A stretch of DNA of 64,000 bases, taken from Camelus dromedarius (lineage: Eukaryota). The translations under genes and the position numbers were made by a program. Position 1 is the first letter of the stretch. Each line of letters begins with the position of its first letter. The stretch is from the NCBI RefSeq assembly GCF_036321535.1, contig NC_087437.1:7006001-7070000 (forward strand). Reading direction: 5' to 3'. The notes under the pieces are model-generated. The model did not search any database, was not told the origin of the DNA, and saw only the letters and a list, made by a program, of their open reading frames with translations. This document shows positions 38,860-51,729 of this stretch, in pieces.

Positions 38860-39880
38860 AAGGTGGGAGGCAGTGGAGAGAGCAGTGCTGAGTGAGTCGG
38901 GGCCACATTATTAAGGCTCTTTTCTGGATGCTTTCCGAAGGAGTTAAGACTTCATTTCACATGCAGTAGGGAGCTAGCAAGGGGTTAGAAGTTTTTAGGA
39001 AGGTGTTTTCACCAATATTATGGCAGGGCGGGAATGGGAAAGCCATTGAAGAGATGATTGCTGTAGACCAGGAAAATGATTATGACCTGATCTTTTGCAA
39101 TGACATCAAAGACGGGAAAAGGAGCAGGATCCACCTGACCCAATACCTTCCCTATACGCACTTTCATTCAAAAAATGGCACGAGATCCCATGTAAAGAGC
39201 TGCACCGCTGATAACAAATGCAAGAGTCACCTTTTGGAATGCTGTGTTGTTTTATTGCTTTTCTTTTATCTACACTACAACCAGAAAGAAGACTGTCAGT
39301 AAATTTCCATAACTTTGCCATTCTCTGTTGCATGGATTCCGATCATGTATTTCATAGGTAATGGACGGATCATGGGTCTGCTAGAAGATGAAGCTGTATC
39401 AGTATTTTGAGGGGTTTTGAATAACAGGGGAGAGGAATCAGGGTCAATTCCAAGTTGTGAACCCAAGGAGCCAGATGTGATAGTGAAAGGGTGAGGCATT
39501 TCATCATCCCTAAGCTGCAAGGTGAATTTTAAAGCTCTTTCCCAAATATGTGCTGGAGAGTTGAAGAAGAAGACCATGTTCCCTGGAAGAGCAGGGGCAT
39601 TCTTAGGTCAAGGATAATCCCATTACCGGTAGTGGTAGAATTTACAGGCAGGGTCACATTTCTCTGACTAGAAAGGTGGGCCCTGGGGAAATTTAACAAA
39701 AGTGTAGCAATAAAAACACTTACTCTCCTCTGGTCCCATGTCTGGCTAAGCGCTGAGGTCATACCGGCAAGACAGATGTGGCACAGGTGTGGAAATGTAA
39801 ATGGACGAGTTAATAGCGCAGAATCAGTGGATCAGCAGTGGATATGGGTGAGCTCATCAAGGAAATGGGTGTAGGACAAC
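38860..39880 (-). mobile_element. L2 LINE remnants
   Basis: Purine-rich degenerate antisense L2 body. Confidence 0.4.
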
Positions 39881-40139
39881 ATAGTATGGAAATGTCTTTC
39901 AATTGTTTCTTTCCAAAGTCTTCCAATGTCAGATGGAAGGCAGAGTTCTCAGTTTCAACATTTTGACTGTAAAATAAGCCCAGTTTTATCAGACTTACAT
40001 ATATTAAGATACTCTTGTAGAAATGAGTTTCCCTATATGCATATCTCTAAGTTTATAAACTATCAAATAAAAGAGTGTCTACAATATAATGTACAGAAGT
40101 CTCGGGGAATATTTATATTGACAAAAATATATATATTTA

Positions 40140-40992
40140 AATTTTTTACTTTTATACAACTTTTAAGGGCTACTTTCCACTCACAGTTACTACAAAATAT
40201 TGTCTATATTCCCTTCTGTTGTACGATACATCCTTGAGCCTGTCTGGTACAAACCCAGTAGTTTGTTCCTCCCACTCCCCCCCTTCCCTTGCCCCTCCCC
40301 TCTCACAACTCATAACCACTAATTTGTTCTCTATATCTGTGAGTCCACTTCTTTTACATTATATTCACTAGTTTGTTGTATTTTTTAGGTTCCACATGTA
40401 AGCAATTTCATACAATATTTATCTTTCTCTGAGTTATTTCACTTTGCACGATGCTTTCTAAGTCCATCCATGTTGCTGCAAATGGCTAAATTTCATTCTT
40501 TTTTATGGCTGAGTAGCATTCCGTTGTATAAATATACCATAACTTCTTTATCCAATTATCTCTTGATGAGCATTTAGGTTGTTTCTATGTCTTGGCTATC
40601 ATAAATAGTGCTGCTATGAACATTGTGGGTGCATGTATCTTTTTGAATTAGAGTTCCTTTTGGATATATGCCCAGGAGTGGGATTGCTGGATCATATGGT
40701 AGTTCTATTTTTAGTTTTTTGAGAAGCCTCCATACTGTTTTCCATGGTGGCTGCACAAATTTACATTCTCACAAATAGTGTACAAGGGTTCCCTTTTCTC
40801 CTTGCCAACATTTGTTATTTGTAGACTTTTTGATGACAGCCAATCTGACAGGGGTGCGCTGATATCTCATTGCGGTTTTGATTTGCATTTCCCTGGTAAT
40901 TAGTGATGTTGAGAATCTTATTGTGTGCCTGTTGGCCATCAGCACTTCCTCTCTGGAAAAATGTCTCTTCACTTCTTCTGCACATTTTTTAA
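40140..40992 (-). mobile_element. L1 3' region including ORF2 C-terminus (frameshifted)
   Basis: ORFs 40574-40756 ([28 protein letters not shown]) and 40769-41098 ([11 protein letters not shown]...KKSTNNKCW) match the L1 ORF2p C-terminal domain. Confidence 0.92.
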
Positions 40993-41910
40993 TAAAATGT
41001 ATTTTGGGTATAAGATAAAGAATTAAGATTAAGAATGGTATAAAGTGATGTAGGAAATCTGGGGTGAATGTAGGGCTGCAAGTATTTGAAGTCTCCATGT
41101 TTTTAATTCAATGAACACTTTTTCATCTGAAATATGTACATGTTTCCCTTCCTGTGTGTATTCATCTTCCTACCTGAACCGTATTTGTTTGCTGAGGATA
41201 TAAATGCCTCTGCAATGATAGCTTTGTAGTCAGACGGCAGGTTCAGTCTGATTGAGGTGCACTGAGTAAGGTGCAGTGATCTGCATTCACCTGTTCATGA
41301 GAAATTAATTTTGGAGGTTATTGATATAAACCCTATGCATTATATAAGATTCTCACTTTTACCTATTTAAAGATGTCTGTTTTCTATTATCTTCCGATTA
41401 TTGTCTCACTATCTACGTATTAAACTACCACGTCTTTATTTAGTCATTATTTTAAGAAGCTAAGAGCTTCATATGCCAACTTTTTAATTTAACTGATTAA
41501 TAGCAAAACTCATCTTCTGAATCACAGTTTGTTTGGCGTTGCACAGCTCAACTTGCAATGGGAGAAAAGAAGACAAAACAAATAAGCAGTCTGCACTTTT
41601 AAAAAAAAGTTTTGAGCAGTAAAAACAAATTTAAAATTGTACCCAAATAAGCAATGCTAATTAAGTGATGATGTTGTATTTTAAATAAATGAATCAATGG
41701 AAGGGAACATTTTCTGCTTTTTCTTTGAAAATCAAGCACTTAGTTGTTTTCTTATTTTGGGTTAGGAGAATCTGTACACTTGCCTTGAAGAATGGTACTC
41801 AATGGTTCCGATTAAAAAGAGCAAAGGAAATAGGAAATCAACATTTGCTCAGCTCTGTGCGAGGTGCTGGACCGAGCAAACAAACGGGTCAGAAAACTTC
41901 ATTGTCTTTA

Positions 41911-41929
41911 AGAGAGAGAGAGACAGTGT

Positions 41930-41971
<42 letters not shown>
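41911..41971. repeat. (AG)n-(TG)n microsatellite
   Basis: Directly visible. Confidence 0.95.
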
Positions 41972-41973
<2 letters not shown>

Positions 41974-42254
41974 TTTTCAGTGTATTAGGGAAAACAAGTT
42001 CTGACCACACTTTATAGCAGTTCAACATAGAAGGTCACACTACTCCTTGAGTTCTCTACTGATGTCCATGTGTGCCCCTGTGGGTGTGCGATGTGTTACG
42101 ATGTTCGCTTCTCTTGATGTAGTTACACAACTTACAACTAATGACCTCTTGGTTTTTTGTATACCTGCAACTAATACTCAGGGACTAATGTTATGTTTCG
42201 TTAGAGGTACCAAATGTTAATAATTTCAATTTTTAAAATCCATCTGTTATGCAG

Positions 42255-42600
42255 ATTTTTTTAACCCCTACTATTTGCTCAGTCCCGGAAATAGAAACAA
42301 GCAAATTGGAAGAGGCTTTCCATCTCATGGAACTCACAGGTTATTGGTGGAGGCAAAGGCTGTGCAGACGTCAGAGTCACGGGGCACTGATGGAGGGGAA
42401 CACCGGGACTATAAGACCATGTGGGAGGGTAAGGGGGTGGCAATGGGTGGCATTTCCAGGACAGCCCCGGCAGGAGGTGGCATTTGAGCTGAGTCTCAGG
42501 CAAAAGCAGGATTTAGTTAAGTGAAGAAGGTATAGGGAATGCATTTCTGACAGAGGGGACGAAGTCTACAAAGCAAGGGTGCTAGAGAGAACATTTGAAA
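42255..42600 (-). mobile_element. L2 LINE remnant
   Basis: gaggtggcatttgagctgagtct antisense L2 motif. Confidence 0.55.
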
Positions 42601-43947
42601 CACTTGTCCTTGTTAAATGCAATGACGTTACCACTCACACACACAAAAATAAAAATAAGAAGGAAAAATTGAGATGCGACGTGTGGATGATTGAGATCCC
42701 ATCCCACATCTGAATTATTGCAAAATTCTTAAATACAAAATGGGAACACCTTTGCTATTTTTGGAAGCTGGCTGTTTGAACATTTTCCCTTTTGCCAAAA
42801 GTAAACTCTTCATAGTGAACTCAAGGTGCCCTTGATTTTCCTAAATGGACTTCATTAGAAAGAAAATATAGATTTTTCTTGGCCAGTAAATTCACAGGAG
42901 GAATTTTATGCATTTCTTTGGACTTAGCAATATGCTATGGGGGGAAATTTTTGCTTTGGTCTGGGCCATCCTCCTGGGTCTGCTACTAATTTTGAGACCC
43001 TCATGCCTTCCCCTCTGAGACAGAGCTGCCAACAGCCTCAGGAGAATCAGCAGAGAATGCTGACACACATGCACGCACACGCGCATGCACAAATAATGAG
43101 CTTCGTGCGTTTTACTTGGGAACAAAGCAAATGGCGTGTTTTCTTCGGCAAAGAGGCTTGTTGGACATTGCGTGGTATTTTTATATTTTAAAAATAACAT
43201 TTAGAGATTTTCATTTGGTATACTCGCCACAGAGCCTGGGAACTCATTCTCTTGGGTCCAGATAACTGTTTTTCAAGGTATGATCTTGGACTAGTTTGGT
43301 CAGAATCACCTGGAATATTTCAAAAAGTAGACATTTCATGATTTCACTCAGGATCAACTGAGTTAGGATCTCTGGATGTGTGCCAGATGGCATATTTCAG
43401 CAAGCCCCCGGGTGATTTCAGATGTACCCTAGAGTTTGTGTAGAGAGCCCATCCAATTTAGCCCAGGGTTAACCATTTAGAGCCAAAGGTGAGTGAAAGA
43501 AAGCAGCATATGTTTGACTTGATCCACTGAGCTTAACAAATTATCTACAGTTCAGAATTCTAGTCTTGCAGCCTCGTTTCTACAATTTCAGAATTCCTTC
43601 TGACCATTATGGAGTACACCACAAACAGTGTAACTTTTTGCACATGCAATGCTTTCAGAAGTCCAGCGCTCAATTTTACCAAGCGTGGCGCTCGAAGCAT
43701 TTATTTCTCCCTGACACATTTCAATTTGCCTTACAGAAAATTTTTTATTCTTTACTAATTTATACCCCTCAAGGTTGCATTTGCCTGCCGATTTTTCTTT
43801 TGGTTATTTTGGTATTTATGACAGGCACTGAAACCTATTTAAATTATTTCAGAGATACATCTTCCTTCAAATGCCATAAACATTTTCTCATCTCACTAAA
43901 TACTCAGAGTTACTTCTTCTCTAAATTAAATACCCTGATTAGTGTTC

Positions 43948-44296
43948 CTTTTCTTTAAAATGGAAGTATAGTCAATTTACAGTGTTGTATTAATTTCTGG
44001 TGTACAGCATGGTGATTCATTTGTACATATATATATATTCCTTTTCATATTTTTTTCATTATAGGCCATTACAAGGTATTGAATATAGTTCCCTGTGCTG
44101 TACAGTAGGACCTTGTTGTTTGTCTGTTTTATAGATAGTAGTTAGTATCTGCAAATCCCGAACTCCCAATTTATCCTTCCCTTCCCCTTTCCCCCCATAA
44201 CCATAAGTTTGTTTTCTGTCTGTGAGTCTGTCTCTGTTTTGTAAGTAAGTTTATTTGTGTCCTTTTATTTTTAGATTCCACATAAAGTGTTATCAT
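43948..44296 (-). mobile_element. Young L1 3' end
   Basis: Same family motif as the other copies. Confidence 0.9.
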
Positions 44297-44599
44297 AATA
44301 CAGTTTTTGTGTGTGAAATCTTTCTTTGTTTATACAGTGTATTAATCTCCTTTGCTACTTCTTGAATCTTCCTGGATTTATAATTGCAACAACTAAGGAG
44401 CAAGAGTAATTTGAATGTTTCTTCCATCCTCTGCTTCTCCAGCACCAGGTGGACTGTGTGTACAGGATAACACGGGGGCATCTCCCAGCATCACTGACGC
44501 TAGGAAACCAAACAAATTGGGATCCTCAAAATCAGTGTGATCACACAGAATGCCAGAGCAAAATCTATTCTCAGCATTTCCTGTTTCTGAACTGTTTGT

Positions 44600-45120
44600 G
44601 TTACCCTACCTGCCAGAGTTCAACCGGGAAGTCAAAAACTACCCCGAGTATCATGATATAAAGAATCTATTATAGGAAGACCTTACACAAATGGGGGGAC
44701 ATTGGAGAGAAGTCCAAAAGGAAGAGCTGAAGGGTAAGATAAAGGCCACTAGCCAGTCCTTTCATTACGCAGGACAAGAGGACCAGTGAGAGCTCACAGG
44801 AAAATCTGGAAGATAAGTGGGTCCAGATGCTGAAGTCCATCATGGAGAGCCAGCAGAGGGTCCAGTTTGGGGGAGCTGTTGGTCAGCTGGACCAACACTT
44901 GGGAAGGAGAGCTGGACACAGAGTGGGGGACAAAGCAAGGATGTGGTGGACTCCATTCGCATCTCTGCATCTGTCTCTCACTGCATCCAACTGTGAGAAC
45001 CTTCAGGGCATGATGGCCACAGCTCCCCCTACACCTTTCGAAAACCTCGTGCAAACTTCTCCTTTGGTCAATTTTAATCTAGAACCATAAGTGGAAGGAA
45101 AGTCTGGAAAAATTCTGCCT
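44600..45120. mobile_element. Old ERVL-type LTR remnant (MLT2-like)
   Basis: gagttcaaccgggaag...tctattataggaa...ccttacacaaat motifs; family uncertain. Confidence 0.4.
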
Positions 45121-45524
45121 GCATAGCCAAGTTGACAAGTAATCCATCCAAACCCCTCACCAACCTTATTTGTTTTATATTTTTTAATTTGTTCCAGAGC
45201 ATCATGTTTTATTTCTTTTCACAATAACAGTCAAGATTTTGTCTTCACCTACTTTAAAAAAGGTAGAAAGTCCTTCCCTTCTTAACTTTGTACAATGATA
45301 CTGTATAAATGCAATTTTTCCTCACTGAATTAAATGCAATTCTGTAGAGTTAGTATGTAATCTACATGTGTGCCCTGGGGAAGCTGTGTGAAGTCTCTGA
45401 GGTCATGGGAACCATGTCTTCATGACTCTAACTGGAAGGCATTCATCTCTTTGGATCTGACCCATCACCTTTCACGCGGGAATCTCTCCACAGCAGCCAG
45501 GTACCAGCCAGGGAACCATGGTCA

Positions 45525-45930
45525 TTCTTGCTGCATAAGAAACCCCCCCAAACTTTGAGACCTAAAATAAAGATTCCTTATTTCTCTTGAGTCTGTAAGT
45601 AGGCTGGTTATTTCTTCTGTTGATCTCACCCAGGTTCACTTACGGGGCTGAATTAACTTGAAGATCAGCTGGCTTGCAAAGTCCAAGATACATCTGGCAG
45701 TTGGGCCTTGCTGCCGGCTGGAGCACCTTGTTTTGTTTTCACGTGGCCGCTCATCTTCCAGGAGGCTAGACTGGCCTTCTGACCTGGTGGTCTCAGGGCA
45801 GCCGTCTTAAGTCTGCAAACTGGAAGCTGAAAGACTTACCTATTTTCAGATGTCACATAATGCCACTTACACATTTCCTTTTTGTCAAAGCTCTGTAGGA
45901 GGCAAGGCCAGATTCTTAGGAGATGCCAAC
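45525..45930. mobile_element. MaLR LTR (MLT1-type)
   Basis: ttgctgcataagaaacccccc...cacgtggccgctcatcttccaggaggctagactgg. Confidence 0.65.
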
Positions 45931-46042
45931 TGTTGCAGCTACGGACAACACCCAGTTAAAGATGAAATTATCTTACAGTTGGTGTCTTTAGTGAGATCGG
46001 CCCTCCTTCTGCCACACACACACTACACCGTTATTCTTAAAT

Positions 46043-46441
46043 CGTCAGTTCTCAGTTGGGGTGATTTTGTCCCAATCTTTCCCTTGGGACATTTGACAAT
46101 GTATGGAGACTTTTTTTTTTTAAATTGAAGTATAGCTGATTTACAATGTTGGCCTAGTTTCTGGTGTGCAGCATAGCGACTCAGTGATACATATATATTT
46201 TTTTTCCTATTCTTTTTCATTACAGGTTATTACAAAATATTGAATATAGTTCCCTGTGCTGTACAGTAGGTCCTTGTTTATTTCATATGGACACATTTTT
46301 AAGTCTCATGACTGATGGTGGGGTTACTACTAGTAAGGGGGAGGCCAGGAATGTTGCTAAACATCCTATAGTTCACAGGATAGCCCCTAATAACAAAGAA
46401 TGATCCGGTCCAAAGTATCAGTGGTGTGGAGGTTAACTCTG
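46043..46441. mobile_element. MER20 hAT DNA transposon interrupted by an L1 3' end
   Basis: gggacatttgacaatgtatggagac | ... | gaggccaggaatgttgctaaacatcctatagttcacaggatagcccc matches the MER20 consensus. Confidence 0.85.
46111..46285 (-). mobile_element. Young L1 3' end nested in MER20
   Basis: TSD tatggagac / tatggacac. Confidence 0.9.
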
Positions 46442-46763
46442 CCTTCTATGGAACATGACTCTAGCAAGTTTGCAGAGTAGAGCTCAGGTCAAGAATAATA
46501 CCTAAAGGGGTTCTTTTTACACAGTCTGAAATTATTTAAAATTTTGAAGGGCTCATAAATTTCCTTTCGGACTTAAAGGGACATTAGGCATCCTGCCTTT
46601 CTAACATTCATTATTTATGAACAAACCATTTTAGATAGAATACGAACCACTCAAACTCTTCTTTAAGATTCAAAGCGAAAACAATACTTAGACTTTCAAG
46701 ACTTTGCCTATTATTTTTAATTTTCAACTCTCCTTCCAGCTTCTAACCCAAACCTAAGGCTTT

Positions 46764-46794
46764 ACACACACACACACGCACACACACACACACA
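46764..46794. repeat. (CA)n microsatellite
   Basis: Directly visible. Confidence 0.95.
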
Positions 46795-49700
46795 ATGTTT
46801 CAGCTATTTCTATCAGAAATCTTTTAAGGACATTCCCACATTGCTTTAAAGGCAGAGAAGTGTGTATTAATTGGTCAAAGCCCTTTTCTCATTAACTCAG
46901 GAATAACAATTTACACAGACCCCTATGATCTTTCCAACCGTATCTCTGTGTAGATAGAGTCTGAGAGCTGTTACAAAACCTACCATGGATTCTTCACCAC
47001 ATTTTCCTCGGGGAGGTTTAAAGGTTCAAGGTTTCCCCTCTAGAACAAAGCAGAGTACAATTTAAAACAAAATGGGATGAATCGGTAATAACACGAAGCA
47101 AGTCAGAACTGCACACAACAGTAAATTAGACTTCCTGAGGGCAGAAGAAATAGAGGTGCTGCAAGAGGACACTGTGGACGGCTTCTCCACTCAGCTTTCT
47201 AATAAGAATTTAAAAGCTTAGAAAGGGGTGGAAGTCAGTTACGCACCTCAGCTCTGATCTACATTCTAATTCCAGTTCTCCAGCTAGTCTCGGCTTGGAC
47301 GGTCCCCAAATTGGCTTATTCACCTTTTTCATCCAAACACAGCCCATCTGCTTCTCTCCCGAAGGTGTGTGATCACAGGTCTCTTACCTCATCCAGAAGG
47401 ATGTATTGACATCCCCTTGCAAGTGACAGAGGCTGTTTGTGGTTGCGCTTGCCCCGAAGCAATGCTTACTAATGCCAGTAGAGGGGTAGATATTTGAATG
47501 CCTTAATAGATATTCACTACATCAGCTCAGGCCTGCAGACTCTTCTTTAATTGAGAGGGAAAGAGAGGGTGACAAAGAGAGAGACAGGGAGAGAGAAAAC
47601 TCTTGCAAATATAATTGAGGTCAACAAAGTAGTTCCCCTAATTTATGGTTGAGACCAAATTCACAGCTATAATTAAGATCGCTTTAGTTATCTCAGCCAC
47701 AGATTAAGTCCTCTTTTCAGCTAAAGGGTTGATGTCATGAGAGCATTATTCTCCTGCAGAGATATGGCTGGAATCTGTGTGCTTCATAAAGCCATTATTG
47801 ATAACTTGCAGTTGCTCTTTGCTGCCCGAATTATCAAGGTATTGGCAGAATTAGTCTCATTTCTCAACAGTGATGTGTGGTCCCATTTCAAGGGAGACTG
47901 ACACAGAATGTTTCTTTCACAGAGAGAGATCAGAAAACCACAGCCCATAAACTCTGAAATGTCATAGCCGCATACACTAGAGTAGTGTTATGGGAGTGCT
48001 AAACACATCGTTTGAGTTTTCTGCTTCAGGACTCTTGACCTTTGACCTTCCATCGATATCTCACTCCAAAAGAACAGTGACAGATGAAGGAAACAGATGT
48101 CTTTAACTCGGGGTGTCCCAGACACAAAATCTTCTCCTTAGAGACGTTAACACACAGGCCTCTTCCAGGGAACAGACACCTGAACTCGTTTTGAAGTAGT
48201 GGTTCTGTTTGTTAGTTTTTGCCAAGGCTCTTCCTTCTCCACACTCACGAGTGGGTAACAGCCGCTTCCGATGACATTGGCCCGTCGCTCGAGTTCTTGA
48301 AATTGTAAAACACTAGTTCTGAAGTGGTGCTGCCCCTGATTCTGAAAAGTAGGACTACACTCACCGAAATGACTCTCAGGACAGCTGTGCCATTCAAACC
48401 ACTTTAAGGCACTTCTTCCTTTAGTTGGTAGCGGTAAGAACAGTGCAAGAATAAGGCCCTTTTCCCAACGGCCACAGTACCACCTGACATTGACGGAGTG
48501 TGACGCCTTTTCAAAGTGTACTTAAATGTATTACCAAGAGCAGCAATATAGTGTCGGTCAAAACCTTGGGCTCTGGATTCAAGGCTGTATAGACTGGCAG
48601 CAAGGTAAGGGCTCAGTTTCATTGTCTGTGAAATAGAAACAATAGCGCCCAAGTTGTAGCAGTTTTATGAAGATTAGGTGTATGTGGGTAACAGCCTCCT
48701 AACTGTCCCCTGCTCAGCACCGCCTAGCTGGTAGGTATTACTGGTTCTTCCTTAGTGCAGGTGTCTTTTTCACCACTTAACGCTTCATGTATTTAGATCT
48801 TAAAATAGTCATTGTAGATTTATTGGTAAATTACAAATTTTAAAAAAAAACCTGCATTAGCACTGAGGTCCCTGGAAAATCGACTCCGCATTCCTGCAGA
48901 AGCGCACGGTTAGAAATAAGACAGGCACTAGGCTCCTCTTTGATGGAATAAACCGCATGCTCCTGGATCATGGATTCCGACTGACAGCTCCTAAATCATA
49001 ACTTCAAAGGCTAAAACCGTCGAGGAGTGTAAAATGCGAGGACTGCAAAATGCGAGGACTGCTGACGCGGCAGCGAATCGTGCGGAGCCGGACCCGCCAG
49101 GCTTCCTCAGGAGGCCACGCCTTCCGCACGCCTTTCTCTGCGGTGCTAATTCGCTCAACAAGAGCACACGTCACCCGGGGCATCAGACCCTTTAGGACGC
49201 TCCCAAGTCGCCCATATGCCTTGGGAGAGTCTGGGGGACACAGGAAGCCCAACAGCTGTTTCAGAGCCTGCCGCCTGGGGTGTCAAAGGATTACGCGTGA
49301 AGAAAACCGTGCAGGGACGATGTGAGGCGCCAAAGTAAGCATCTTAGAGAAGAGATGCGAAGGGACGTAAATGCTTTAAGCCACCCAGCAAAATTCAAAA
49401 TAGAAATGGACAGGAAGTCACCAACAGGATCTGAATTAAAGTATAGAAATGACATGCGGAAGCCTGCTATTCGGGTGGAGCAGACCCACTGACGGGATGG
49501 AATCAGTCTGGGATGGAGGACTTTTCCGATATGCTGAGTTTTGGAGAAGTTCAAAATGCCAAAGAGGGAACTTAGATGTCTATAAACTAGGGGGCTCCTT
49601 TTCATAACAGGCCTCCTTGAGCACTAAAAAAATATATGACAGATCTAAGAAATGATATACATACAGCAGTGCGTCAGATCTGTTGAAAGATCTAAGCCAA

Positions 49701-50053
49701 CGTTGCCCTGAAAGAGGGAGAGTGAGGAGGAGTCTTGATGGTGTCTCCTAGGTCCGCTTATAATTTGGAAGGACCAAGAATGGAATACCAGAATGCATCT
49801 GCCTTTACCTCGATGTCACTCTAGGATTTTGAACCATTTGCTTTCTGTTTTCTCCCAGCCCTGGTCATAAGCACTGGCTTTTCTTTTTAGCTTTTCGTTG
49901 AGAAAACTTGAGAAAGAAGTGAGACATCAGGAGAGCGGTTTGAAGGCTGTAAGTATGTCCAAACCAACACATTTAAGCATGTTCTGCCATTTTGCTATTT
50001 CCATCTCTCCTTCCCTAGGTCTATTACTGCAATGACAGGTCTGGTGTTAAGGG

Positions 50054-50081
50054 GTGTGTGTGTGTGTGTGTGTGTGTGTGT
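50054..50081. repeat. (TG)n microsatellite
   Basis: Directly visible. Confidence 0.95.
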
Positions 50082-51729
50082 TAGATGGGCCTACTCAGCT
50101 GGAGAATAATGCTACTGAGGTGGCATCTCGGGTGAGATCACATTGTTTGAGTTCTGCTAATTATCTGAATGTGTTTTGCTTGACTAGAGATAAATACGTT
50201 TACTCCAAGGTTTTCTTGGTAAAACTACAATTTTCACTGAAGATTTTCTTTTCTCTGACTCTCATACACCATCTTTCTCTACATTCACAAACACACACAC
50301 ACACAATTTATAGTTCTAAGATCCCATTTTTTAAGGATCTTTCAAATCTTTTAACTCTTCCTTATTAAAAAAGAAAAAAAAAAAAAAAAAAAGAACTTCA
50401 GTTTCTCCTTCTTTTCCCAGGACCTGTATGAACCCCACCCAGAGTGTCCCTTTAATCCTCTTGTTTACTGCTCTAGTCATGAAATGTAATTTAATTCATT
50501 CAGTAAGTTTCCTTTTTTCCTCCTGAGAATCTCAAAAAAGGAAAAGTCCTGAAAATTACTCCTATTGGTCAGAATTTCCACATCTGCCAAAGTTCTGATC
50601 AGGAAGGGAAAAATAAAACCAAAACAATACAAGGGAATTGAATGATTTCCACAAATTAGTTTGAAATCTGGGACAGAAATAAGATCATTAGAATATATTC
50701 AGGTTTTTTTGTTTTTTTTTTTTTTCCTTTAAAGAACTGGATTTGAGGTCACCATTGGGAACAGAGATAACGTCATTATTTTAAGATAATTAGGTATATG
50801 ATTTGGGTAAGCTTCCACTTCTAGAAAATTCCTTTCAGAATAACTGTAAATATTGAACAGTAGTTCATGAATCACGAGGATGAGTAAATTTCACCCAAGT
50901 AGTTCACAAGTGCCCCAGTGAACAAACTTTATTTCAAGGAGGACGTGCCTGATAGGAGTTAAAATTATGGGACTCTGGGAATTCCAAGATGTCACCAGAC
51001 TCTGGAAACACTATTGTAACGCAGTCATGATGCCATGTGCGTTTTCTGGGTCTATTTTTTTGGCAAGGAATCTGAGTTTTCGGGCAAGCAGGATGCACAT
51101 CAGAGTACACAGGAGGCATGTCTTGGTGACTTCCGCCTCAGACCACATGCACAGCTTCCTGTTTTGGTCTGATAGCTTCCCCTGGGCTTTCATAGATGTA
51201 AAATCACCGACACAGAGATGGGCTGCCCATGCAAAAGAGTAGGTGTCTTATTTTGGGAAATTATTTTATACATATTCTTATTTTGTTTCACATTATTTTG
51301 TTGTTTTATTCTACTAACCCGATTTCCTCTTATATTTTACACTAACCCGTGAAATGTCATTTCATCTGTCTGTGTGAAATACTTTTTCCCCATTTTTGGT
51401 TTATTCTTCTTGCGACCTGTTTTACTTCTTCCCTCTTGGCACGGCTCTAATATTACTGCTTCATTTGCTTACAAAATTAATAGCCAGCTAAAATGACTCA
51501 AGATAGACTTTGTTACATCATTTAGTCAACCATTTAAAAATATCTATGAGCCTACTCTGTTTGCACGTGTACACACTCCCTGGGGGGGGGGGTACAAGGG
51601 TGCCTCGCAGACTCATTCTGCTTTCAAGGGGTTTACAGTTTGGGTGGGAAGTTATACTTCCACAAACTGTGGTACAGACTTCAAAATGGTTGGCTCCTCA
51701 AAAAGGTAAAGATGAAGTGCTCTGACAAA

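Noticed and set aside
40574..41098. ORFs with real protein similarity
   Set aside because: Frameshifted L1 ORF2 C-terminus of a truncated retrotransposon, not a host gene
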